Below are positions 12,650-29,110 of a stretch of 64,000 nt of DNA, one piece after another. Source of the DNA: Octopus sinensis (taxonomy: Eukaryota); contig NC_042998.1 in the NCBI RefSeq assembly GCF_006345805.1, positions 36,890,001 through 36,954,000 on the forward strand, given 5' to 3'. The first letter of the stretch is position 1. The number at the start of each line of letters is the position of its first letter. The notes beneath the pieces were generated by a model. It was not told the DNA's origin, did not search any database, and saw only the letters and a list, made by a program, of their open reading frames with translations. A program made the position numbers and the translations under genes.

Positions 12650-14716
12650 TTAGCCAGTGAGAATATCAGTTGAATTCTGAACTCCCGATGACCAACATCG
12701 CTGAAAGTTCAACCGTGTTTGCGTGATTTTATTCATAATCGCAGAGTCTACAGAATTACCATCTCCAGTGTTCATGATGTATTCCTTACGCTAACTTCCG
12801 GATATATGTGTACATTTCCATGCGTGGGACGTGGTGTTGATTTTTCACGTTTTGATTATTCGGAAATCGATAAACGTGTACCTGTGATCTTCTATAACTT
12901 GCTTCGTTTGTCTTTAAAGCACTCTCGATATCGTATCACCCTGCTTCAATGCATGTCATCGTTATTATTCAATTTATAGGATTGTACCATCATCAGTGGA
13001 TATAACCTGATAATTCGAACATGGTGAAAATGCTATAGTTTCGTATGTGCATAAAACGGCTTTCAACAGAATATGTCCTCGGTTTCTTAAACTGATTCTG
13101 TTTATGCATTAATGTTAGATGACTTTGAAATTCCCTGATGTAGGCCTGACTATGAAATTAGAGAATTTTCCTTCATTTACCTGTGTTCTGATATCAACCA
13201 ACAAAAAGAACTTCCTTTTTCAGCATCGATGGAAAGAGGGAAATGTTTTTCAGTAAAATACAATAAATCAAACACATTTTATTACATGTGTGGTGTGTTA
13301 TCAATGTTACACATCACAAATTTATAAATACAGTTATCAACCTAAGTTTATACATATTTTTTGTCATATCTAGCAATGGAGTTTCATATATTTATAAGCT
13401 CGATAATGGTTTTGCTCTGCTCAAAATATCCATTTATGTTGACATGTTTCATCCGATAAACTCTAAGTAGTTGTTCTGTTTCCATTGCCTGTTTTATTCA
13501 CTGTGTTTGCTATTGTATCGGAATTCATCTTTCTTTTATACAGCTCCAATGTAATCGTCATTCGTGATCTTTACACGCTAATCATAGCTGAAAATTCATT
13601 CTCCTACCTTGTTCTATATAGCCATTGACGTGCTATTAATAAAAAAAAAATAATCGCAATATTCAAATAATGCAGAGTATTCATGATAACTCACGTATTC
13701 TGTCTTTTTTTCCTTTCTACTAAAGTGGATTTCAATGGCAGAAGACATGTAAAAGCAGCTTTATATTAGACCTGAATTTTGAGTTTTGCAGCAAATATTT
13801 TTGTTTGATGAATATAGCTGGTATAATGAAAAGCATTATACTTTCAAAGGTTGTGCGCCCGACCTTGACAATTCCCTGTCCATTAACAGAACTCCCTAAA
13901 ATACGTAACATTAGAAGAGAAATATATTCGATGTTCGAATACTTTGATTGTAAACCAGGAACTCAATATAATATAGTTAGCATATCGTTTAGGGTGCATT
14001 TCCTTTTTCATCTAAAAAATTCTAATGTACGGAAAAAATACTATCGCTTCATATTTATCTATAAAATTGGTCTTCAACGGAACACGGAAGTGTTTATCTT
14101 AATCGGATTTGGCTCAGCTTTAATATCCGCTACCTTAAATTTCTGATTTCAAACTGCCTCTGAAATTTCAGTTCTTTCCTTATTCCTCGTCAGTTATATA
14201 TTCTATTGAGATTAATAACCCTTATGATTTATGTTAGAGATAATGTGTTGTTATATCGCGCTGAAAACAGAATGAAGTATTTGATATTTAGTAGTGCATT
14301 GTTAGATGTAGATGATAGTGTGTTCTTGCTTAAATCGTTATCATTTCAGTGTTCTACGCGTTTCTGTACACATGCATCTATATAATATATTCTGATTCGT
14401 GTGAAATATACATATAAAGATATTAAATTTATAGGAAAAGTCACCTTATAAACTCATAAGTACACCTACGAGTATATCTTTACAATGTACTGAGATCATT
14501 CATTTTTCAAAAATGCTTAAATTACTCAGGATCTGAGTTGAAAGATACAACTACATAAACTAAATTTATAGAGTACTGACTAAAATCGTGTCCTTCTGAT
14601 ATAGTAGAGTACTGAGGGCATTATTCGGATCTATTGCCGGTACGTCTAGCAAATTCAGTTGTGTGCCGTAGGAGTAATTTTCATAATTACTGAAAGGATA
14701 ACGGACTGAATAGATC

Positions 14717-14718
<2 letters not shown>
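12650..14718 (-). pseudogene. Possible heavily decayed (proto)cadherin-like relic
   Basis: Scattered minus-strand motifs: ENYSYGTQLNLLDVPAIDPN..LLY (14566-14718), EISE, MDRE..GAQPLK, VMCNIDNTP and FIVRPTSG. Many stops and frameshifts, and motif spacing fits imperfectly. Confidence 0.3.
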
Positions 14719-14752
<34 letters not shown>

Positions 14753-15060
14753 GATATAAGAGAAGGTATAAATAATGATCTTTACATATTCCTTATTACG
14801 TATTTGCAAAAACTAAGCAATGGTGATGGCTATTATTTACACTTTGTCTTGTGCATCACTCAGTGCGAAAGACTTGTATCTCTGTGAATACAATCATGAA
14901 TTTACAATGGAGAATGGTGATGAAATATAACCTAAGAACCCTGCCATACGTAGGGTTCTTTAGTCATCTAAAAGTTTTCTATCCCGGTGTATTTGTATTA
15001 ACAGAGAGCTTTAAAAACTATTTTGCCTGCATTGACAATCCTTCCTTAATAACTATCCTC

Positions 15061-15062
<2 letters not shown>

Positions 15063-15120
<58 letters not shown>
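15063..15120. repeat. (CT)n microsatellite
   Basis: Directly visible. Confidence 0.97.
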
Positions 15121-15121
<1 letters not shown>

Positions 15122-17348
15122 ACTCTGTAGATATATATCTCGAAACCTGTGTGGCATATATAGAATATGAAATATTTCCTTTTAGTGTAATTTTTTAATC
15201 GTAGGATTATCAGATGCTAAGCACTTATAACTTGAAGACGCCAACGTAAATGGGAGCAGACTGCTGGAAGAGAAAAGAAAACAAGGAGCTGAGTGAGTAG
15301 GACAAGCAAACATAAGCATTACGGGTGGCAAGCAAATCCAATCCTTAATCGATCCACACAGCAGTTTTCATCCAAAATACAAGTAGTCAAGTAAATTGAA
15401 CCTAGAATACCCACAAGCTACGTAACATGGCTTAAGGCGCGGAGTCAACCTCATCAAAGTTCTGCTATTTGTATTATTATGTCCTTTTACCTAATTTCAA
15501 TCTGTATATTTTTAAGGAGAATGCATGATTGTGCAACATCCATTCTATTTAATCTGTCACACTTTTTACAAATGTGATCGTTTCTACAGTAAGCAGAGGG
15601 CCTGACATTTTGGAGAAGGGGCTTAAAGGTTACGTATTCTATTGACCCATAAAGCATCAAAATTCAAAACTAAGACGGAATAAATGTTATTAATCATTTT
15701 TGTCAGGTATGCAAACGTTTCCGCCTCCACATCGCACCACAAAATTATTGGCATATAATAACAGTATTTTTAACTGAATCACTCTACTCGCTTATAGAAT
15801 GTTTATTTCTCTTTTGCGATATTGAAAGTATTAGAGAATACTTAATTTACAATACAACAATATTAGAATATGCTTATATAAGCGAAAAGTGACGCGGTAA
15901 AATGTAAGATCTATTAAATACCACTCATGGTGGTATTTAAAGAAACTTCTTTCAAAGCGCGGATTAAAATGACGATTAATCTACTCTATAAGTGTTACTT
16001 CATAACTGTAATAAATATAGAAAGTCTGGAATCTAACAAAGTGTGTTGTCTTTAAAAACGTCTGTACTCTTAAAATTCATAATTCAATCTTTGAAGATAA
16101 TTTCACATTAAATTCCTTTTCTTTTTTAAGTGAAGATACAAAACAAAATAATGGCAACATTTGAGTTACTTTTACATATTTTTCAGCACATATAAAAAAA
16201 AGGGAGCAGATCAATTGAGCACATAATGGCCCTCATTACTGAACAAAGCTTTGTATTCGAACTCTCCTCTATTTCAAGCAGGTGAAATATCCCAATTTAA
16301 GAGAATGCAGATAACTTTGAAAGCTGTTGCAACGTCACCAAATATGAAAGCGAATAAGACAGGAAACATACAGAGGCATCATTCTAAAATTAACTTTAAT
16401 AAATATATTGTTTTGACATACACCACATAAATCTGTCTAAGTACTCTATACCCACTACAAAACGTTCAATCTTCCGTGCCATGTCTTGATTAAAAGAGCG
16501 GAAATAAATGAGTAAAACGAACGCAAATAATCACAAAGTTTAAGATAAGTGTTATCAATGATTGCTTCGAAATTCATTGAAATATATTGCACGTGCACGT
16601 TTTGTCGGTTACTATTAACATATCTCAGAGTCTATTAATTGCAGAAATCATTCTCCCATTTTAAATGCCATCTAATATGTAAACGTCCGTAATGGCGATA
16701 TTGATTACTTGTTATGACCGGATGAACACTGCGAATACATGTCAGAATAAAAGCAATTTAATGATTTCTCAATGCCGTTTAGATTGCATTGCTATTCTTA
16801 AATATCTATTATTAATATTGTTGACTTTCAAACTGCTGTTCATCTATATTCACATTTACAGCAACACCGTGCTAATCATCATTTTTCACACGTTCTTAGA
16901 TCAAATTTCGTATTCTGGTTTATGTACAACGTATTGCCTTACCTTGTATTTGAACAAAATCAAACCACTCTGACAAAGATGTGGAATGTTCTTTCACACG
17001 GCATTATTATAAATACAGTCTGAGAGGATGGACTTGATACCATATCACTAAGTGTCATGTTGTTCTGATTTTTCTAGTGTATCATAACTCACGGCATGAT
17101 CTAAAACAATGCAATTTCCTTTACTCATTCTCTGTATATAATTTTTGATAGTATGGAAAATGGTCTGCTGTACTCAGAGGTTACTGATGCGTATTGAGAA
17201 ATTTATGAACGCTTGGCTAAACATTTCACATGGGCTGATTGTTAGACGAGATCTAGGAAACTATTTGGCAGATTGTAAAAATCACCGAACAATTACTATT
17301 GTTAAATGGCAACCTTTATATTTTACTTAACGGGAATGTATTATATAT

Positions 17349-17577
17349 ATTTCTTTATTGCCCACAATGGGCTAAACTTAGAGGGGACAAACAAGGACAG
17401 ACAAAGGGATTAAGTCAATTACATCGACCCCATGCGAACTGGTACTTTATTTATCGACCCCGAAAGGATGAAAGGCAAAGTCGACCTCGGGGGAATTTGA
17501 ACTCAGAACGTAACAACAGACGAAATACGGCTACGCATTTCGCCCGGCGTACTAACGTTTCTGGCGGCTTGCCGCCG
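17349..17577 (-). mobile_element. tRNA-derived SINE (family A; Meta/MESC-like central domain)
   Basis: Minus strand: GGCGGC..GAAACGTTAG head, B-box-like GAGTTCAAATTCC, core GACTTTGCCTTTCATCCTTTCGGGGTCGATAAA, tail GTTTAGCCC..GTGGGCAATAAAGAAAT. Multiple copies in the window. Confidence 0.9.
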
Positions 17578-18191
17578 ATCGCGAATGCATTATAGGAGCT
17601 ACGAAAATACTACTGTGGCGGAAGAGTTTTTTTTTTTTTTTGTGATTTCGGTGTTTTGCCTTTCATCAACAACAGACCTCCGCCGTGCTGGCCGAAACAT
17701 CTTTCGGCCGATATAACAGTTTACTGATGTCTCTAAAATCTAGACCTGCACTCAAAAAAATTAATTGGTGACGGAGTAAGTGTTATTTCGCTTACACATG
17801 TTTTTTCAAAGCTAAATCATCTATTTTACCCGCGCTTTTTTAAGCATGAAACGCATGACCATATACACACATGCACACATCACACAAGGACCCACATAGA
17901 GTCACACATCCATACATAACAGATGCACATACATAGTCACACAAACCAATACACAAAAATACTTAAATATGCACACACAAGGAGACAGAGGTACACGCAC
18001 AAATAGACACAGAAATATACAGACACAGAAACAAACATGAATACAAACACAAACACACACAAACAAACAAACATGAACACGCAAGCACGTGAATATGCAG
18101 ATTTAATAATGCATATAAATGTGCACACACCCATACACACACACACAAACACACACACACATACACACACACACACATATATATATATATA

Positions 18192-18571
18192 TCATTTAGA
18201 GATAGTAGTCCCCTTCATCCCACCATATAAAAGAATTTTAATTTAATACTTACTGCTCATATCTCGGCTACACGTGTTTCTTGAGGTTCTTTTACGTTTC
18301 CTTAAGCACGCAGTATTTTACAGGAACCTTTCTTAAAATGTAAGCCCAGTCATCAGGCCGCTAAATAACTTTATCATATTTCGATACCAATTATTTAGAG
18401 GCCTGATGATTGGGGTTACATTTTAAGAAAGGTTCCTGTAAAACACTGTGTGTTTAACGAACCGTAAAGGAACCTCAAGAAACACGTGTGGCTGAGAAAT
18501 GAGTAGTAAGTATTAAATTAAATCAAAATTATTTAAATAGTGGGAGGAAGGGACCTACTATCTCTAAATGA
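18192..18571. mobile_element. Penelope-like terminal-repeat fold-back element flanked by (TA)n
   Basis: The whole 380-bp unit is an imperfect palindrome (arms 18192-18370 and 18389-18571). TA tracts lie on both sides and both arms carry a hammerhead motif. Confidence 0.85.
18265..18360 (-). ncRNA. Type I hammerhead ribozyme motif with enlarged stem II (mirror copy 18399-18494, plus strand)
   Basis: cggc-CTGATGA-(about 70 nt)-GAAA-CACGTG-TA-gccg. Stem I is 4 bp, stem III is the palindrome ACACGTGT, and the site is GUA. The plus-strand copy has GUG at the site. Confidence 0.75.
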
Positions 18572-18624
18572 AATATATATATGTGTGTGTGTACACACAC
18601 ACGTATATGCACACAAACTGCTTT

Positions 18625-18940
18625 CTATAGGTTGGTGGGGGTTAATCACAAAATATTGCAAGTCGTAAGAGAGAAACAGAGGGGTGATCATGACAATGTG
18701 CATCGGGGGCCAGATAATCATGTCTGGCGTGTCTGTAGAAAAACTTGTCGTTCTCAAAGTGGTTTGATCAGGCATCGTAATTCTCATCACTGACGTGATT
18801 AAAACCCCCGTGTTCGTGTTCAGGGTCGAGTGGTGTTTGGACGAAAATACGCAGCTATGGGACCGTGCTTAAAATTCACTCACGTGTCCACCATTCTTGG
18901 AGCGACGACAATATCCTAATCGGAAGCAACAGCTATCATA
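18625..18940 (+). mobile_element. RTE-clade LINE 3' fragment with decayed C2H2-like fingers
   Basis: HVWRVCRKTCRSQSGLIRHRNSH and a second ..LKIHSRVH resemble the C-terminal CxxCxRxCRSxxGLxSHxRxH of RTE/BovB-type ORFs. Confidence 0.5.
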
Positions 18941-19048
18941 TCTATACTGACACAAATGTGAAGGTATTTATATAAATATATATGAGTGCGCGTGCGCCAT
19001 ACTTATATGCGTATGTATTAATATTTACCTATAGATACGTACGTCTAC

Positions 19049-19088
<40 letters not shown>

Positions 19089-19116
19089 GATGTGTGTATG
19101 CACATATTTTTGTGCG

Positions 19117-19152
<36 letters not shown>

Positions 19153-19564
19153 TGTGAACGACCACGAGTGCATATTTTCAGAAGAATCACGCAATTACCT
19201 GCTTGACCAATTCCTCTTTCCACTCTCCATTGAAATGGTGAAATGTAAAATGTTTCCCTGTTTTCATTTGGCGAAGTTATAATAGCAGAAAACTTCTAAC
19301 AGCTGGAAAGTACCCGATGACAAAGATCCTATTCCATTCCCGTCATTAATGGACTTAATTATAGTAAAATAACCAGCCTTTGATACTGGAGCTGTATAGC
19401 AGCAATTATCTTGTAAATTCTGCTTTGTATCGATATGAGGCCAAGTGCATTAAATCCATTTGTTAATAAACTGTATTGGAGGGTTTTCGTCTCTTCCTGC
19501 TTTATCTACACAAGCTTTGTCTATGCTATTGCCTTACCAACAGTTTTTGACCAGACAGTTTTGG

Positions 19565-19890
19565 AAGGCGGCCGGCATTGTGCCTAAGCTACTCATCCCA
19601 GAATCGTTGAGTCGTGAGTTCAATTCCCGGCTGCTTCGTTGTCTTCTTAAGCAGCACACTTCATTTTACTTTTCGCTAATTCACTCAGCGGATAAAAATG
19701 AGTACTGCCTGTAATTCAAATGGTCAGCCTTGTCACATTCCGTGTCGCGGTGCATTTCTCTCCGAACTACGTTATGGGTAAGCGTGTCTGTGGAGTACTC
19801 AACCACTTGCACGTTAATTTCCCGAGTAGGCTGTTCGATCAATTGGTTCAATTGGAACCCTCGTCGATGAAACGGACGGAGTGCCACCAC
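19565..19890 (+). mobile_element. tRNA-headed SINE (family B)
   Basis: The 3' half GCCTTGTCAC..GAACTACGTTA..GTGTCTGTGGAG..ACGTTAATTTC..GGAACCCTCGTCG..GACGGAGTGCC matches 32886-33271. Confidence 0.85.
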
Positions 19891-20554
19891 AAAAAAAAGC
19901 TTTCTCGCAATATTTATATTCATATGATATCTCTATACATATATGCATATATATAAGTATGTATGCACACACACATGTATATATATATATACACACAAAA
20001 AACAGTGTTAAAGATCTTTGCTATATTTGGTTTCCTTAATATAATTAGTATAACCTTTCCCCAAACGTGTCTAGCCGATGATTGTCGGTTTCATAATTAT
20101 TGATTTTGATAGTGTAAATATTATTTATATTTCTAGCCTGTCTCTTGGTGTTTTATATCCCATATATTCTAATGTTGATTTTTGGGGGGTTTTTGATTTC
20201 ATAATAATAGACTTTGGAGCATGACAATGTTTTTTAGTAAAACAATTTCAGTTCCGATGAATAAATTACTCTCACATTAGAAAGATCACGAGAAAAAGAT
20301 CCGAGCAAAATCCTAGAAAGTACGCAGCACAGTTTCATTTCTCCACAGTTTTATCTTGAATTGCAGTAAATATGGGGAAACAGTAAACAGGAGTGTGTTA
20401 TACTATATAAATCGACGTTGCGATAGTGATGCGTTGTCTATAGTATCTGTAGTAACAATATTAGTTAAACCAATATTTTTATCATTTTTTATCAGTATTA
20501 TTATTATTCTTGTTATTATTATCATCATCATTATTATTATTATTATTATTATTA

Positions 20555-20817
20555 CTTTCTTTTCTTCTTTCAAATTTGCTTCCATTTCTTACCAAAGAAA
20601 CTCATAGTGTACATTGGTAGGCCATTAAACCAAACTCAATAGTTCGTTAATTTTTTTTTAAGTTAAATTAAAATACATGAGCAGCAACAGTTCTCACATC
20701 GACGATGCTCTTCTCAATACGTGTGATGTACCAGTTAAGACAATCTTTTGCACTTCTTGCAGGGATGGTAAGCCAGTGATCATTCTCATATAATTTTCGG
20801 TTCCCTTCTTGATCATT
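20555..20817 (-). mobile_element. Dong/R4-type non-LTR retrotransposon, short 3' fragment in (TAA)n
   Basis: Minus translation MIKKGTENYMRMITGLPSLQEVQKIVLTGTSHVLRRASSM* is homologous to the C-termini of the neighbouring copies. (TTA)n on both sides. Confidence 0.8.
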
Positions 20818-20826
20818 CATTATTAA

Positions 20827-20866
<40 letters not shown>

Positions 20867-21302
20867 GAGTGAGAGAGCAGTTCATGCCATCAAAGTGACA
20901 CTGGGGTAAAATATACGAAGCCCAATATACCCATCATGACTACCCGTCTGATAAAGGTACACCAGGCACATGCATCACAACCATATGTGCGCGACATGGT
21001 GATCTCATATCAAGATAAACAGCACATGACCTTGCAGGTGGGGCCCAGTTAGAATTTTCTTCATTTTGAGTAGCCCATCCTGCTCAAACGGTCCCTGAAT
21101 AAGAATTGTTTAAGGATGTTGAAAGAACCACCCATGTTTCCAGAGGTGAACTATTCAAACCCCAAAGAATCCCTCTCAACACATGGCTATGATGCTCCCC
21201 CACTACTTCTGCTCGTGATCAGAGATGCACATATCGTCAGCCACTAAGGGACATGCTCAACTGGTTAAGGTCAAACAACTGACAAGCAAATCTGTGGTAT
21301 TG

Positions 21303-21303
<1 letters not shown>
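20867..21303 (-). mobile_element. Non-coding (TAA)n-embedded retroposon, copy 1
   Basis: Near-identical to 29914-30438. It begins at the same GAGTGAG junction with (TTA)n and is truncated at the other end. Confidence 0.85.
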
Positions 21304-21340
<37 letters not shown>

Positions 21341-21368
21341 GATGATGATTATTATTATTACTATTATT

Positions 21369-21439
<71 letters not shown>

Positions 21440-21440
21440 T

Positions 21441-23537
<2,097 letters not shown>

Positions 23538-25825
23538 GATTATTATTATTGATTGATTGATTGATTGATTGAAAACAATATACATCATTCCTTTCGAACT
23601 CCCCAAGTGAATATATATCTTATATTTATAACAAACTAACATGTCTTTTTTTACTCATGATGGACAGCAGCATTGTACTTTTCACAGGAAAGGAATCTTA
23701 CTTTATTAAAGCATCTGAAAATATATACTGGCTGTATTATATGTGCTTTAGTACATTTTCCACAGAATTTCGTTTTTAAAATGCTACCTTTTATAATTTT
23801 TATTATTTGAGTCTAAAGGAATGATTTTTTTCAACCATTTCAATATCTACGGAAACCTAGAGCAACCAAAAACCATGTCAGATCTTATGTTGAATTATGA
23901 AAAATAAGATGCATAAATAATGGAGTGAATGTAGAAATTGTTATGCACGTACATTATGCAAATTTTATTCGTAATTTCTCCATCAATGTCATCTATAGAT
24001 AGATATGAGATTTTTTTTTTATAAATTTTATTAAGATACTAACTACATATAATTTTTTTGTGTTGGTCTGAAATGACAAAACAGAAATCGTTATCAGGGG
24101 ATATCAATCAGAATGAAAGAATTTAATCAAAGTGTCAAATGACATGCATAAATGAAAGTTTTGCAGGAATATAATTGCAGAAAATGCGATAAAAGTAACG
24201 GTATATTGATGCGATTTATTTTGAAAGACATGTTAATAACTTTTACGAACAGTTGCACTTACCCTCTTAGAGATTTGAAAGTAGGTAATTGGAAATGAAA
24301 TAAATAAATGCAAATGTGAGAAAATAAAGAACAAATAAAAAAGGAAGGTGTAACTGACAGAAACCAAAAAAAGAAAAAAAACACAACTTTCCTTACTGAA
24401 AGAATATAATTGACAGGAATTTATGTCGGCAGTTGAGACGTATTGCAGCAAAGGTAAGAGATATAAAATCATTTATGGCAATTTCATTCAGTTTTATTAG
24501 CATTCTTTTTTATGTGCAAGCTATAAAGCAAATAAACAGTAACTGAAGACAGGAAATTAGAATTTAAGGAAAAAAGGTGTAATCGTTTTACTATGACTAT
24601 TATATATAAAGATCACCTCCTTTGCCTAGTTTGAAATAAAACGATTCTCTATTTGTTTGATTCTCATGGAGTGATTTGAAATGAAGCTAGAAGAAGATAT
24701 GTTATGTGCTGTCCTTACAGCGGATTCAGTGCTCGTTACTTATTTCGCCCTTGGGAACACTGGAAATATTTTCAATTTCCACCCAGAAATGTGCAAGATG
24801 TGAACTATAGGTAGTAAAACATATGGCCTATTCTTAATAGTTCTATGAAATATAGCGGGCATTCTTTCAATCTTCCCTTTCCATGGCAGCATTTCGCATT
24901 TTACTTGATAATCCAGGAACTTGCATTTATGGATAGCTTGGAGTATTTTGCTATAGCCCTTTAGATAGAACCGTCTTCTGAATTTTATGAAAGATAATGT
25001 AACTCAATCACATGAAACACATCAAGAGACCTTTTTTCGTTCGAGGAATATCAACAATTAATGACAGAATAGAATATATATGTACACACATACACACACA
25101 TGTACACACACGCACACACACACGCACTCACACACACATATCAAAAGGATGTATTTTAATAATAATCCACATATACAAAAACAGCCACAACAACAATCCA
25201 ACATCCATCTATTTGAAACCTCACGGATATCATTATGGTTTCGACACCTGGGCAGTAGCATTCAATCCGGCGGTATCACCAGTACTAAAATAAGTGTTGT
25301 TTCAGAACAAACATACTAAAGAAGCTGCAAATTTGAAACACATTTACCCTATGTACAACAGTATCGGCAAAAATTTCAATAAGTAAAGCTATAACCAACT
25401 CCTAAATATGTAACTATATGGTGGTTGTCTGCTCCTTATGTAGAGTCTGACAACCTCCTGTACCTATACCTTAGACCTATCATGGCGTATGGTATGGCTT
25501 TTTAAACCAGACATAGATTGCATATATGACTTGGACCACCAAGAGCTGCAGTTAAGTCTGATCCTTGTGGAACTCAAAATGTCTTTTAAGCCCTCCGATA
25601 GATTTGCAGACCTTATGGCATACACGGCATTGTCAGATATGCATAAATATATAGGCAGATCAGCTGGTGTAGGTTCATAGTGGGTGGAGGTCCCCTAATG
25701 AGATTTGAGCCAACAAAAGATTAAGAGAAGTAGGAAGATATCTTAGTGCCTTACTAATTTATCAAACAACATCAAGCTGATCACATGGAGAAAGGTGTTC
25801 GCCTCCATTCTGGAAAAGACAGTCC

Positions 25826-25870
<45 letters not shown>

Positions 25871-25874
25871 ATGT

Positions 25875-26065
25875 GAAGGCGCATGGCTCAGTGGTTAGTG
25901 TCGAGTTTACGATCGTGAGGTTGTGAGTTCGAATCCTGGAGCGGGATGGGTGTTGCGTTCTTGAGCAAAGCACTTTATTTCACGTTGCTCCAGTTCACTC
26001 AGCTGTCGAAATGAGTTGCGACATCACTGGTGCCAAGCCGTATCGGCTTTTGCCTTTCCCTTATA
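25875..26065 (+). mobile_element. tRNA-derived SINE (family C, CORE/V-like central region)
   Basis: A-box TGGCTCAGTGG and B-box GTTCGAATCC, followed by TTCTTGAGCAAAGCACTTTATTTCACGTTGCTCCAG, which is shared with 38127 and 46800-46920. Confidence 0.85.
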
Positions 26066-27049
26066 TAAACATACATATAAGTGTGTGTGTGAGTGTATTT
26101 GTGCGTGTTTGTGCGTGTGTGTGTGTGTGTGTGTGTGTGACTGTCTCTCGGTTTCTCCCATACCATCAATCGTCAAGAAAGTAAGGTGGGGGGGGGGGGG
26201 GTCGATTCGCTCGATTTGATTTGTTACAGGCGGTGTTGGAGCATGTCCATAATATGATCAATGGAACAAGTAAAAGACTAAAAGAATACGTTTGAATGAA
26301 GTGTTCAAATGCACAAGATTGAAAGATGCCTAAATTTGAATAATGAAATTCCAAACTTTATATTCTGGCCATTTGAATGTACAACACATGACCTGACACC
26401 TCTAAGAAAATTTCTTTCACTCCAATTGCTGTATAAATTCTATCGGTGGGCAAATAATGATGATTACTTAGTTGTTACCAGTTCTAAACATTAAGTACAT
26501 CGCACGAGTTTTTAGTCACCGATTTCTCTCTCTAATTAATATGACGTTGTACAATTTGGTCACTGTCTGTTTCGAGAACAACGATGTTTCACTTTGTCTA
26601 ACTACATCTTTGTGCGTATTCAATATACAAATGGATATAATATTTCTTCTCTTTCTTTCATAGCTGATGATATGAGCAATCAAAACGTAAAATATATGAA
26701 TTCAGTCATCTGGTTCAATAAAACCTGAATACATTTTATCTTTCCACAAACTAAAATAAGCAAATGAATGCAATATGTTACTTTCCAATCTGTGGAGAAA
26801 AAAAAAATATTTTGCTTTGAAAATTGCCAAAGACAATGAAATTTCCATTTATGAGTTCTTGCATATCATTTCTTCAATGAAAAATACACTGAACAATTAC
26901 ATACATCTAGAAAGAATATCTATCAATACAAAGTGCCCTCGGTAAAGATTTTTAATAACATTATTCATGCATATGTGTGTATGTATGTAAATACAAACAC
27001 ACGCACACTCACATATATATAACTATAAATATAAATATAAATATAATAA

Positions 27050-27098
<49 letters not shown>

Positions 27099-27107
27099 TA
27101 GATAGAT

Positions 27108-27152
<45 letters not shown>

Positions 27153-27632
27153 TACGCTTAATAAAGTAAACTAAACTTACTAGATTGCATATTATTAGTA
27201 ATATGGAAGGAAATGTTTCGACGGAAGAAAAAGTCTAATATATTTTTGTTTTAAGAAATCTTACAAAAGATGGAGTAAACATACATTCCACCAACTTTTG
27301 TTTCAAAGAATACTTCGTGCAGCTTTTGAGACTTTAATATACTGTAAAAATTGCGTCTTAACATGACACGAATATATTTGGCATAGCTTAAAATCTATTT
27401 ATCTTTCTATCTTTCTATCTTTGTTCACTTGTTCGATTAGGCTCTTGAGATTTGGGATGTTACATATTTTCATTCTTGTTGTTGTTGATGTTATTGTTGT
27501 TGTTGTTGTTGTTCTTCTTCTTCGTCTAACTTTTTACGTTCCCTCTTCCTATGTTCGTATGTATGGGAAAACGTGTATCTATTTATACAAATATATACAT
27601 ACATACGCATACACACACACACTCACACACAG

Positions 27633-27673
<41 letters not shown>

Positions 27674-27676
27674 CAT

Positions 27677-27900
27677 AATGAGAATTTACGTAAAAAAACA
27701 AAAGACGAAGCTGGGTGTGTAAGCAACAAACAAATGCATTAGTTTAACACCCGAGAAGTAAGAGAGTCTTTTACGTTTCGAGCCTACGCTCTCCATCAGA
27801 AAGGAACATAGAAATAAACGGAGAGGACATTTTTTGAAAAAGGTTTAGCGGTTAGTGGTGTATCATGACGACTGCCGGACAGATAAATTAACATAAACAG
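27677..27900 (-). mobile_element. Penelope-like terminal fragment abutting (TA)n, with minimal hammerhead at 27767-27803
   Basis: Minus strand cttt-CTGATGGA-gagc gtag gctc-GAAA-CG-TA-aaag. Stem I is cttt/aaag, stem II is gagc/gctc, stem III is ACGT, and there is one core deviation. Confidence 0.7.
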
Positions 27901-28699
27901 CTAGAAGCAATGTAACTCCAAAAAGGAAAACTTTAATCGTCCCCAATTATGACTGTCGGCGCCGAAACATCTCTATTGCAAGAAATAAGAGTTAAAAACC
28001 ATTAATGCTGTATGAAAGGCGCTTTGTTGCTCTGTGAAGGACACAAAGTGCTTTATTTTGGAACCCATGTTTATCCATTTACGACGAAGATACAAATATA
28101 CACACCGCTCAATACGCACATACGCACGCGTATACAAACATAGACACACACACGCACACACACACACATATACACAAAACACACTTGTTTGCATGGTTCT
28201 GCGCACCACTATGAGTTTTGTATCGATATGGTGCCGGATTTTATCACTCTGCTTGGTTTGTTCGGATGCTTCTTTAAATGAAGCTTGTTTATGACAAGCA
28301 TTGAGATCCGTTTTGGTATTAATTACACACAATTACGCATCAGACGGCGCGGTAGCTTGTGTTACACATTTTTATATAATCTGTGCATGCGTGAGATCAT
28401 ATCTGTAGTTGTATCCATATCCACACATAGATATATTTATGAACTTCGTGCCTTTGTGTTCCAATACTTGCTCTATCACTTTCAGCCTTTTTTCTTAAGT
28501 AGAAAATGTTCCACGTGTAGCTTTTGAATGAGTGAAATTACATGAGAGCTCTGCATCCATGACGGAATTGCATCATGCTTTTGTCTCACACTGGACGTGA
28601 AAAGATGCGTGTAAGCATCATAAAGAACCGCATATATCAAAAACGTCTCTTTAGCTCTGATTACATGATAATAGAAGCAACAGACGTGACGGTCTCGTT

Positions 28700-29110
28700 T
28701 AGAGAATGCGTGGTCTAAGACTACGCACCCTCCATTGGTCAGTTAAAATATAGACAGTGTCACGTGACAAGTTGCTGGGGCTGCCTGCTGGAGCCCGGCT
28801 GCGGGTATTTAAAGGGAAATTTGACAAGACAGCCAGTCGCCCGCTGACACTTGTTGACGCTACATCGAGAAGGCCAGGGAGCAGAAGAAAGAAGGAGAAA
28901 GGAGACATGCACCCAACACTAGAGTTGAAGACACCTCCGAAAGGGGGGGAGGGCACGTTAAAACGAGAGGAGTAAGTACCGAAACCGGACGTGGTTCCTC
29001 CTGATGATGTCTTGAGCTAACTGGATCCTATAACGGAACTGTTGTGGTAGCAGAGCACGAAACATGGTTGAAAATCCTCACTTACATAAATATAGAGAAG
29101 TAGCTCTGGA
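28700..29110 (+). mobile_element. Probable Penelope-like terminal repeat with degenerate hammerhead (28998-29072)
   Basis: GC-richer island with ATTGG and TATTTAAA, then CTGATGA (29001-29007) ... GAAACATGGTT (29059-29069). Stem I is weak. Confidence 0.45.

Noticed and set aside
15205-15298. Exon-like segment with TAG acceptor and GTGAGT donor
   Set aside because: All three frames contain stops and no partner exons were found; a non-coding exon cannot be supported from sequence alone.
17690-17709. Perfect hairpin GGCCGAAA-CATC-TTTCGGCC
   Set aside because: There is no upstream CUGANGA for a hammerhead and no properly placed CTAG for a Helitron end; an isolated 8-bp stem can occur by chance.
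25875-25950. tRNA-like sequences here and at 32888, 38127 and 46850
   Set aside because: They have A and B boxes but run into SINE bodies and lack a complete cloverleaf, so they are SINE heads, not tRNA genes.
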